A stretch of DNA of 19,277 bases from contig JANKJI020000004.1 in NCBI GenBank assembly GCA_024626585.2, positions 180,858,356 through 180,877,632 on the forward strand, written 5' to 3'. Every line of letters starts with the position of its first letter. Positions within the stretch are counted from its first letter, which is position 1. The notes below the pieces were generated by a model. It was not told the DNA's origin and ran no database searches. It saw nothing but the letters and a program-made list of their open reading frames with translations. The translations under genes and the position numbers were made by a program. Shown piece by piece: positions 8,685 to 19,277 of the stretch. This DNA comes from Ginkgo biloba (lineage: Eukaryota; Plantae; Ginkgophyta).

Positions 8685-9967
8685 ACTTAATGATAACTCT
8701 AAATTTTACTAAGTCTTCCATGAGCCCTTATTTATAGACCATAAGTTTGAATAATTTTTGAAAGGCATCAATAATTAGAATTTATGTTTAATGGGATGCA
8801 AGTTTCTCTACACTCTAGAGCATTGCTTTCAATTGACAATTATTCTCTCTTATGAATCTAAAGATAGACCAATAATCTAGATACGTCTCCAAAAACTTAT
8901 AAATAAAGTCTTTAAAGATAAATATAATTGTTGTTGAAAATTTTGTAGGTGCATTTATCAATTAAAATGGAAACATCTTATATGTAGAGGATCACCAATT
9001 AGTGTAAAATGTGGTATTTAATTGATCATTTGGATGGATTTGCATCTAATTATAACTAGACAATCAATCTATAAAAGAGTATATTTCTCTTCTTCCCACA
9101 TTTCCCAACACCTCTTATATGAATTTGTAGTAAATGGATATTTTTTTAGCATCATATTTTTCTTTTTTTCTATCACAATTAAAGATACGCATTCATATAA
9201 AATATTCTCAACTAGGTATAGGAGTTTCTCATATAAAATATTCTCAATTTAATCATATATAACCTTCTTGTATAACTTATATTTATCATCTTGTAGTAGT
9301 GTTTTCTTGCTTAATAGTTTTCAAATTGGAGAGCTTGCTTGGCTTCCTCCATTCTTGGATGGCTTGTTTCTTCAGAGTTTGCTTATTAACTTTTCCATGG
9401 GGTTGCTTATGACTTGGTCAATTTGCTTTGTTCTCGCTTTTTGATGTTATGTCCTTGATTTAAAACAGAGATTTACGGTTCCTTTGTAATGTCTTATTAT
9501 ATTGTATTCCTTTGACGTAATTTCGACAACTTTGATAATAAAATGCCAACTTCAATAAAAAAAATATATATTCTTAACACCCCCACCCATAATGTTTTAT
9601 TTATTATATCTCACATTAAGAAGATTTCTAAACTTTTCAAACTTCTCCTGACTTAATGCTTTAGCGAGAATGTCAACAATCTGATCTTTAGTTGAACAAT
9701 ACACCGACTCAACTTGTTTACATTATACTTACTCCCGAATGAAGTGATAATTCACTTCCACGTACTTTGTCCTAGTATGAAACATTGGGTTCTTCAAAAA
9801 TTGAATTGCACTTTGATTATCACAAAAGAATTGTATAAGATCATTCTGTGGAAGCCAAAATGACAAAGAAGCCTTCTTATCCAAATTGCCTCATAAGTAG
9901 CTGTAAATATTGATTTATATCCTGTTTTAGTGGAAGATAAATAATATGTAGCTTGTTTCTTACTACA
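8685..9967 (-). mobile_element. Ty1/Copia retrotransposon 3' end: decayed RNase H (about 9967-9610), PPT (9580-9590), 3' LTR from 9579
   Basis: SKKQAT..LSST....EAIWIRRLL / FCDNQSAIQFLKNPMFHTRTKYVEVNYHFIRE*V...VYCSTKDQIVDILAKAL; ATGGGTGGGGG|TGTTAAG; TATA-like CTATAAATA near 8730. Confidence 0.88.
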
Positions 9968-10304
9968 TGTTGTGTAAAAATACAACAAGACTTACAAACC
10001 CTATTTGTGGCCTTAACTAGGCCCCAGGATAAAGCTCCCTTAATAAAAGTCAAAATAAGGGACAAATAGGCTCAAGAAAAGCCCCAAAACAAGGCACCCT
10101 AATTTAAGGGATAATTAGGGATTTAAGGAATAAAGTAGAGTCTACTTTTGAAGGGTTGTGACTCTTAGTGTAAGGCACCCTCTTTCTAGTGTTAGAAATA
10201 TTTATTTATTGTAATATTTACATGTCAAATTATTGTAAATAGGGTCACAACTTAATGTCGTGATACCTATGTCCTTTAGAAGGGTTAAAGGGTCATTAGG
10301 GTGA
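9968..10304 (+). mobile_element. LTR beginning TGTTGTGTAAAAATACAACAAG, inserted into the Copia RNase H region
   Basis: TG start exactly where the Copia RNase H frame breaks; second copy at 400-649; right end lost in gap. Confidence 0.7.
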
Positions 10305-10403
10305 NNNNNNNNNNNNNNNNNNNNNNNNNNNNNNNNNNNNNNNNNNNNNNNNNNNNNNNNNNNNNNNNNNNNNNNNNNNNNNNNNNNNNNNNNNNNNNNN
10401 NNN

Positions 10404-11342
10404 NCTCCATAAGAAAAAATTGATCAAAATAATATTATCTACATTTTAGTAAAATTTCACAGTGATAAGAGAAAGTTTAATTTGGCATGCTTCCTGAGGT
10501 CATACAAAAAAATCGTATGGAAGCATAATTTATTCCAACTATAGATATTGGATATCATTATATCTAACTTTTGTGAAAATTTTAGGTTATAAATAATCTT
10601 ATTTCTACCACTATGATATTTAGATGCCTTGCTTGCCCGATGAAATCCCAAAAAATTTTAACCAGGATAATATGATCTTGAACTACAACAAAGATGATTT
10701 AAAAAAAANNNNNNNNNNNNNNNNNNNNNNNAAATAAAAATAATCAGAACATTATACCTTTGCGATTAGCTATCTATGAAAATGGGCCTAAGATTATCTC
10801 TGATACCACTTGCTATGAACCTTTCCACACAATTCTAGAATTGAATACAATAGAATGAAAAAGACCTCTTGATAACAATCCACTTCAAGGGTGGAAATAT
10901 CCCAATACAATAATCCACTTCAAGAGTGAAAACCTCCTAATGCAATAATTATCAATACAATAANNNNNNNNNNCAAGAGGCTAACATGGGGGTTATTATA
11001 TGAGAAGAAGTGCCTCGCATGTGTAACAAGTGTTTATTACAAGAAGAAGAGATCTACATGTATGCCAAGTATGAGAAGAAGGTACATATATGACAAGTGT
11101 GAAGAGAGAGACAGGTAAAGTAGGTGGATGTGGGTATAAGAATAAGAATATAAGAACTAGGTATTGGGTACATAACATAGCCCCCCTTTAAAGTTTATAG
11201 GAATAAAACCTCCCCTATAAAGTGCTAAGCCGCCTAAGGCTTACAAGCCCCTATTAATCATATCATAGGACCTCATACTAATTCCTTAAGCCCCTACTAG
11301 ATCATAAGTTGCTGGTATAAATTGGTGACTATTCTTGTAGCA
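10404..11342 (-). mobile_element. 5' LTR (11342-10811) + tRNA-iMet PBS (10808-10798) + start of internal region of an LTR retrotransposon
   Basis: Inverted termini TGCTAC...TAGCA, 2-nt spacer, then TGGTATCAGAG; internal sub-repeats in the LTR (AATCCACTTCAAG x2). Confidence 0.8.
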
Positions 11343-11614
11343 TCATTTAAGCAATTGATAACCATAAATTTAAGTACTAATAGAAGGAATAAATAATATC
11401 CATAGATAAAAATTTAAAAGGAATATAACTTAGATATTCTTAGAGAATAGGATCTTAAATCATGTTCTTTCTTTGTTATGAGATACACGTTAAACATATC
11501 AAGGAAGGATCCTCCAAAGCATGTCACATACATTGAGCAATTCATAAACAATGAACAATTGTATATCTGTTACTATAGATAATATGGATTAGTTCAAGTA
11601 CTACATGTACTATT

Positions 11615-11975
11615 ATGTCATCACTAAGAGTATTCATTGGTCTTTAGTCAACCTTTTAATCCTAGCTAGAGAAGATAAAATACCAGAAGATGATTAGTAT
11701 GCTCTTATATCATCATTGAGAGGATTCCTTAGTTCTTAATGAGACTAACTAGAAAAGGAGAATATCATATCCTAATTGGTCAACTATCATATCATCACTA
11801 AGAAAATATCTTAATCCCTAGCAAGCCTTACGAGATTAACCAAAGAAGGGAGATTGCTATATGTCGATTGGTTAGCTTTCATATCATTATTGAGAAGATT
11901 CTCTGGTACCTAATGATCCTTATTAGCCCAACTAGAAAATCAATACCATTGGATGTTAATTGGTTGGTTATCTCT
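11615..11975. repeat. Degenerate tandem repeat, about 4 x 80-95 bp
   Basis: Recurring TCATCA(C/T)T(A/G)AGA...ATTGGT(C/T)A motif near 11617, 11710, 11792, 11884. Confidence 0.55.
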
Positions 11976-13844
11976 AGATGCCATCCCTTATTACTTTTTA
12001 GTTTAGAAATACTAAAATGTGTTCGATACAATCCAACCCATTTCGGTTATAACGAATTAATGTTTGACTTCATCTCATTTATTGCTTTAAAATGTACTTA
12101 TTCTTAGACTCAATTTTTTATCTTAATAGCTTGGTACTGGTAGATGGATCAACCTAAGCTAATGATCTAGTAATCATCTTCATTTTTGGTGTATCATCCT
12201 TCATGAATCCTAACATTTGAGTTGCATTCTATTAGAGTAGGAAAAAACATTTCATTACTTTAACTCTTCCATTCAATTCCATTCTAGTGGTGTTTATTAT
12301 CACTAAGATATGTCTTGATAACTCATAAATGATTACTAGGAATACATTGTGCTCTGCCTAATATTATTGAATGGAAAATACTCACTATCAAATCCTTGAT
12401 CATGCTAGCTCTGTACACAAATCTCTACACTTAAACTCTTTTGTGCAATATTATCTTTAGCATCATGATTCAAAATTACAAGTTCTTCAATGATTACTCT
12501 AATCATATCTAATTTGGCATATTAAATCCAAATGAATGAGATTAGATCATATTATAAGGTACACCCACTCTAATTGAAGTAGTTACGATGGGTTTAGCTA
12601 ATTGAATACCAACCTATTAAGATCCTAACGTGACTTAAGATAATAGTCAATCTCGATTCCATTTTCATCATCAAGTAATTTAGCTAACCATTTGTCATAT
12701 ATCGATACTAGCCTTTCCAATTCCATCCTCTTCAGTTCAATTTTATTCTAATTGTATTGTTATCATAGAATATATATCTTCTTGACTCCATATTTTAATT
12801 GAGTATGAGGTGTGGATGTTAACTACATGAGTTCTCTCTCCTCCTTGATATGTAAACTAGTGGGTGAGAAGACCCACGCTCAGTCGTTAGAGGATTTGTT
12901 GTTGAATTTACAGCGAAAACGATTTAACAAAACCAAGGGGATGATCGTCTATCCACTCTTCAGCCTTCTGGAGCTCAGAAACTCATGGAACTGGTCAGCA
13001 ACTGGAGGAAAAATGCTTCTTGNNNNNNNNNNNNNNNNNNNNNNNNNNNNNNNNNNNNNNNNNNNNNNNNNNNNNNNNNNNNNNNNNNNNNNNNNNNNNN
13101 NNNNNNNNNNNNNNNNNNNNNNATCAATGATGTTGGCTCCTCGCCCAAGTATAATGGAAGATATGGCAGAGGAAGAAGAGATGGCAATATAACAGGTAGG
13201 AGGTATTTCAGAAACCCGGTGAGCAAGTAAGATGCATACAGGGGAAGGCATCATGTTAACAGAGGAAGAAACAATGCAAATGTGAATACTAGAGTTAGAG
13301 TAGAAAATATAGAGAAATCCCCAATAGGAGGTGTAACTAATAATCCACCATCAGACAGGGAGAAAATTTTAATTATGCATCAAAGTTATGATGAAGGATT
13401 GTCGAAATTAAAATATGCATTAGCCACTAGATGGACTCAATCGTATCAAATACCTGTTATGCAGGTGATGGGTTGGGGTGATAGTGATTCACATGAAGGG
13501 TCTCAAAATAAATAATCTTTACTTACTACTTCGGTTTATATTTTGGGGATACAAAGGCTTCAAGTAGATACAATTTTAGCATAGAAGTGAAGTGTAAGAA
13601 AGTAATATTTGGTTCCTACAATTTTAGAGGTGAATTTAAAATAGGGCATAGGGGTAGAATTTTGTTGAGGTAAATTTGAAATAGGTTGTGGGTCTGCATA
13701 GAATTTTTTTGATATGTGTTTATGGATCCTTCAATTTTTAGGTGATTATTTGCTGATATAGTAGAGATAGCACCTTGTTGAGAAGATAACTATTAAGATC
13801 ATCTCAAGTTTAATATTTAATAGAGCAACTCTAATGGTTTGATG

Positions 13845-14385
13845 TGGTATAAAAAGTTGCACATTGAACTAGTTTTTAGGTCTAAATAGTCATCTAATGA
13901 ATTCCTTTAGGTTTTGGCAGGTCACAACATTCCTCTAATAAATTCCTTTAGGTTTTGGCTTGTAGCCCTTGAGGGAATACTATTGGTAAATATATCTACT
14001 TTGTATTACTGTGTAATAGAGAATCTTTGGTGGTCTTCTATGGTATAAAAAGTTATAAAATTTAGACCAGTGTTTGGGCCTAAATAGTCCTCTATTTTAT
14101 TCCTTTAGGTCTCAAGTGACACATGTGTAGACATGGCACATGGACAAAACCTTATGCGATGTTAGTTGTGAAAGTTTTTTAAAATGTTTATTTAGTTTTT
14201 CTCTGGTAAATTTTATTGTACAGAGGATAATGTATATAATTATTCAGATGAGGCAGGTTATGTAAAGAGTTGAACAATTAAGATAAGTAAACATTTTATG
14301 CATGCTTTGTGATAAATTTTGATTTGTGGTAGGTTTTGGCTTACAGCCCTAGAGGGAAGATTGTTTGTAAATATATCTACTTTAA
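13845..14385 (+). repeat. Dispersed short direct repeats in AT-rich TE-derived DNA
   Basis: GGTATAAAAAGTT...CTAAATAGTC...TTCCTTTAGGT near 13846 and 14042; AGGTTTTGGCTT..AGCCCT.GAGGGAA...GTAAATATATCTACTTT near 13950 and 14332. Confidence 0.6.
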
Positions 14386-14495
14386 TATAAAAAATNNNNN
14401 NNNNNNNNNNNNNNNNNNNNNNNNNNNNNNNNNNNNNNNNNNNNNNNNNNNNNNNNNNNNNNNNNNNNNNNNNNNNNNNNNNNNNNNNNNNNNNN

Positions 14496-16761
14496 AAACA
14501 AATGGTCTATCCTTTCTAAGTAACTTTTCAAGTGGACTTGTAATCTTTGCATATCCTTTAATCAACTTTCTATAGTGTCCACAATATTCCAAGAGCTTTT
14601 TTACATAAGATCTATTCATATATTATTGGAGATGAAGGATCATTCTTACTTTACTTGGGTCAACAATCAATCCTTCTTTATATAGAATATGTCCTAAGGT
14701 TTCTATAAAATGCCAGAAGATTATATTTTGTAAAGTTTAATGATAGTCCTATTTCTTTGCACCTTTACAACATTGCTCTCAAATAAGCAATGTGATCTTT
14801 AATTTATCTAAAGATATACTAATTAACCAAATAATTTTAAAAATTTATAGATGAAGACTTTAAATATAGTTATGACTATTCTAGAAAATGTTGTTGATGC
14901 ATTTAGTAACCTAAATGGCATCATCCCATATGCCTGGGATCCCCATTCAATTGCAAATGTAGCATTTAAATGGTCATCTAAATGAATTTGCACTTGATTA
15001 TATCAATAAAATCTATCTATGATGAAGTAAAAATTATTTTCTACTACCCTTGCTAGTACCTCTACTATAAATGGAGTTAGAAAGGATCCTTTTCTGTGGC
15101 ATTATTCAACTTCATCAAATCCGCAAAAATCCTTAATTTTCTATTATTTCTTTTTTTTGTAACTATTGGAAAAAACTACTCACTTTATTTTATAGGATAA
15201 ATACATCTTGCAACTAATAAATTCTCAATCTCCTCTCAAACAACTTTGTTATATTTTCAATTCATAGGTTTTGATCCCTCCTTTAATTCAAATTTTAATT
15301 CACTATGTCCATATTTGAGAGTGAAAAGGGCATGAAGATCGATATCAAAATGCCTAATAAAGAGGTCAACAAGTTATTGGAAAGTAGATATTGAGTTTTA
15401 TAGTAATCTATAGAACCACTTAAGTGCCTCACCCATGAGTGAAGTGGGAGAATTTTCAATACCATGTTATTATAGGGTATACACTCTACACAAGTTAATG
15501 TATAATCATTTATTTGAGTAATAAGGTTAGAACCTAAGGACACATTAAACTTTGGAAGTTATAGAATGGGGTGTGGGAGGATAGTTAATGTGGTTACCAT
15601 TGATAAGGTATTTTTCATGTAATTGATGTAAGATTTCCTAAAACTTATCATGGATTGAATAATTTGGTTTGGATCATGATTTAAACATTTGTTTGAGATG
15701 TTATAGGTTTTTGGAAATTAATGGGGGTTTACTAATATAATGGCAGTGGTTGTTAGGTGAAGGTTTACCATGCATATAATAGTTACTACATGTTTAATGG
15801 TTGTCCTTGTATAACATCGTGTGTTATGTAAGGTATGAAAGGGTTTTATTACGATGGAGATTAATGTTGTAGGACACGTGTGATATTAGATCTGTATATA
15901 GATTGTCCAAAATTTATGTTGTATAAGGTGTGATATAGCACCCATGACTTGTTGTGGGATATGTTGTTGTTGCAAAGGCCTTTAGGCAGTGGTAAAATGA
16001 TAGCCGATGGGACAAATATCGGGATGGAGTCATGGTTGAACTAGACTGTTGCAAGGTTCAAGAAATTTCTTGGAAGCATCATTGTTGGAGATAGTTCATA
16101 GAAGGAATTGAGATCTATAAAAATCCATAGGAGGTTTCTATTATGCTATGACACCATATTGTGAGTCATAGTGAGCTTGAGAGGAGTTTGTAGGTAGATG
16201 TTATGTTGAGCAAAGTCGTGTAGAGTTGTAAAGCCATTGAGAGAGTAGTAGGGCCTTAGGGCCGCATGTAGAGCATGGGAGGTGGTTTGAAAATGAAAAA
16301 CAATTCCAAGGTGATGTAGGGTGGTAGGACACCGATCTAGATTCATAGAAACAATGAAGAAACCTCAAAAAATCAACCAAAAAAAAAAGGATTTAAAGTA
16401 CAAGAATCGCACAAAAATGCAAAAACATCAAAAAATAATTTTAAAATATTTTTAATTTTCTAAAGTTATCATTCAATTAAATTGAATTTGATAAAATTTC
16501 AAGTCTAAAAACTTAAAAACCATAAGCACCCTCCCTAGTCACATGGAAGAAGGGGCTAATACCCTTTTATAACACCCTAACAGTCAAAATTGAACACTAA
16601 AAATATAGTTGGAATTTTTTTTTTATTTTCTACCTACTAGACAAGGTCATATGAATGATATGATAGATACCTACATCTAGACCAAGGATTTTATGTTCAT
16701 TGATAATTCCGGTGCCCTACAAGGTGACTAAAGATAGCATTTTTTCCCAAAGACATTAAAA
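14496..16761 (-). mobile_element. Decayed Ty3/Gypsy retrotransposon: leader, gag (core about 15460-15340) and RT (about 15300-14496)
   Basis: gag LMGEALKWFYRLL*NSISTFQ*LVDLFIRHF; RT RKLRIFADLMKLNNATEKDPF, YNQVQI...TFAIEWG..AYGMMPFRLLNASTTFSR; connection GHYRKLIKGYAKITSPLEKLLRKD; many stops and frameshifts; upper boundary approximate. Confidence 0.88.
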
Positions 16762-18779
16762 NNNNNNNNNNNNNNNNNNNNNNNNNNNNNNNNNNNNNNN
16801 NNNNNNNNNNNNNNNNNNNNNNNNNNNNNNNNNNNNNNNNNNNNNNNNNNNNNNNNNNNNNTAAGCTTAACTCCATAGAACCAAAATCTAGCTCCTCATT
16901 GGCTAGGATGGCACATTGAACTTACTAAAGAACTAATTATAGACACAACCAAGGTTTCAATGATACGAAAGATTTGTTAAAGGAAGGGGACATCAAAATA
17001 GTTTGTCGAATTAGTAAATAAATTCTTCACTCAAAGACCACTTGTAAGAATCAACATGATTAAGGGAATCCATGGTTAACCCATAAATACAACCACTCTT
17101 AAAGGAAAATTTAATCGCAACACTATGGAGATCACACCACGTAATTGGGAGCTTAAATTTTTTAAAGATAAAATTTTCCACTAAGATTATCCTTTATCTC
17201 ATCTAGCTACCTTCTCTAATTATTGCAAGTTGGACAGGTAAGACATATTGTGAGGTCAAGGATTGACTACTTCTAGGTTTATGTTAAAATTGACTAATAT
17301 CTATGCAAGAATAAAATTCAATCAAAAGCAGGAGGTTATGTTCGAAAAAAAGGATAAGGAAAGAAGGGAAAAATATTATTGTAGTATCCCTAATGAGTTT
17401 TAGGATATTCCTTGGAATTAATGCCTTGATCCCTTTCTAATTATGAACTATGTTTAGGTTTGTGTGTTTTATCAAAGATCAAAATCTTGGAGTTATTGAG
17501 CACAAAGTCACCTTGAGGCTATGGACCCAATGAAAATATGTACTTACATTTAATGCTCCCTTAAGTTATCTCATTAGGAAATCATAGTTTGGGAATCGGT
17601 GCATGGGATTATGAAAGGTGGTCTATGACTCTGACCCTGTAGACCTAATGAAATATGAATTATGGTGAATTAAATATCAGGATTTTTCAAAGAAAGAATT
17701 TCACTTTCAACTGAGGTTCTCCTAAATCCCCAACAAAGAAAAGGCACGTGTTCACATGTGATTGGAGGCCATTCTAGCTAATAATAGGATCACATATCAT
17801 AGTACGAACTCTAGGGAACTACTTCATATCTCATGTGAATATAATTCACAGGGTGACAGAGTTGACGTGTTATGATTAATATGGAAATGGCCCATTAATG
17901 TTCCCATTTTTTACGATTTTTCAAGAAACACTTCTATTTCTTAGATAGTTTGAAAGCATAGGCTCAAACAAAAGAAGAATATTGAGCATTGAATAAAGAA
18001 AACTTTATTTTCTATAAGCCTTATCTATATTTGAAGGATATATGGACGAACAGAGAAGTGGTATAGTTGATATCACATGAGTCATGTAGGTTCTTAATAC
18101 CTCATACACATGCAGGGCTGATGTCAGATTCATATATGAAGATTTTGCAAAGATGTCAAAGGNNNNNNNNNNNNNNNNNNNNNNNNNNNNNNNNNNNNNN
18201 NNNNNNNNNNNNNNNNNNNNNNNNNNNNNNNNNNNNNNNNNNNNNNNNNNNNNNNNNNNNNNTGCTTCAAAAGAACGGATTTCAAGAAAAATTTAATAAT
18301 GATTAAGTTTGTAAATTTTTTTTTTTAAATGACCATTGGAAAGAATTTTCGTTGGTTTGCTTCGTCGCCTGCACACCTTGCTGTGTCTTCCCCTGCGCAC
18401 CTCGAGTGAATCTTCCACGCTTCTACATGTTTGATTGACTGCTCACCTTTGCGTTCTGGTCTTTGCCATAATCTCTCAAAGACCACAATATCTCCTATTG
18501 GCCTGCTCCCATGCAAAGCGGCTTTTTCTTTCGGGGCTATTCACATGCAGTGCGACATTTTCCATCCAATGGTACCTCCCGTCAGGATCTCTTTCCTCGT
18601 TGGATTTGGCCTCCGTAAGCTTCCAACAATATATCTATAGTAACTTCTTGCCTCAAATCCACCTGAGTTACAACCTCCTCATCGCTTCTTTTTATTGGAT
18701 AGTTATCGTAGATCTAACCATAGGGAATAACGAGCCTATCGAGGCTAACTCCTCTAAGCTAATTGGTTGGTAGAGGGTA

Positions 18780-19277
18780 TGTAATTATTTACTGCTAGAA
18801 TAAATTTGTGTATTTATTTTATGTTGGATGAGGCTAGCTCTTCACAAATACATGCTAGTTACCTTGCTCGGTGTGCTCCCATATTTACAATCATAGAAGC
18901 ATTTGCAAGGGATTGAGTGATAAATGCGATCCCATACGAAGGCCTTGATATTAAACAAAAAGAAATATAGACAAAATCCAAGACCACATAGTAGAGGGAA
19001 ATATTCATCAAACTATCCTTCCTTATCACCCAATACTAAATGGATTCATCTCCCTCTTCTATAAACAATACCATTAACTATAGGGATAGAGTTACTAAGG
19101 CCAAAGGGAGCATAGGTATGCACATAGTGCGGTCTTCTTATTGTACCAAGTAAGCTTGGACTATGGAGGACAAATGAAAAGAAGGAGACAACCAGCTCTG
19201 ATACCAAAGTGAAGGCAGTAATGGCAGCAAGCATTCAATGCAGGAGAATAAATGAAGGCATGAGAAAAGATGAGGAC
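18780..19277 (-). mobile_element. LTR 3' end (19210, continues beyond window) + tRNA-iMet PBS (19206-19195) + 5' internal region
   Basis: Minus strand ...CCTTCA CTT TGGTATCAGAGC; extent of internal part approximate. Confidence 0.7.

Noticed and set aside
16862-18162. AT-rich tract between gaps
   Set aside because: Looks like decayed repeat DNA, but no motif or structure could be identified.
8512-18306. ORFs containing X runs (8512, 12812, 12949, 12975, 14336, 18067; also 2138, 2199)
   Set aside because: Lengths are inflated by 100-N placeholder gaps, so frame continuity across gaps is meaningless.

Overview
Eukaryotic, land-plant nuclear DNA from a gapped scaffold (many N runs; the repeat landscape looks gymnosperm-like, which is inference). 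It contains one host gene, an intron-rich subtilisin-like serine protease (SBT3.18-like) on the minus strand. Eight GT-AG exons (7071->4552) give 510 uninterrupted codons: signal peptide, I9 prodomain, catalytic Asp and His, and PA domain. The exon carrying the catalytic Ser and the C-terminal exons are not found in the window. Downstream of exon 8 lie an organelle-like block with a decayed plastid ycf1 fragment and a 5'-truncated RTE-X-like LINE. Nested in the LINE is a complete 356-bp TRIM (2687-3042, GGATA target-site duplication). The most striking signal is in the TRIM: a tRNA-type RNA polymerase III promoter appears to be assembled across the LTR/PBS junction, with box A in the LTR end and box B after the PBS at tRNA spacing. 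The only T4 run in the LTR sits where it could terminate the transcript in the 3' LTR. The rest of the window is nested, decayed Copia and Gypsy LTR-retrotransposon debris.
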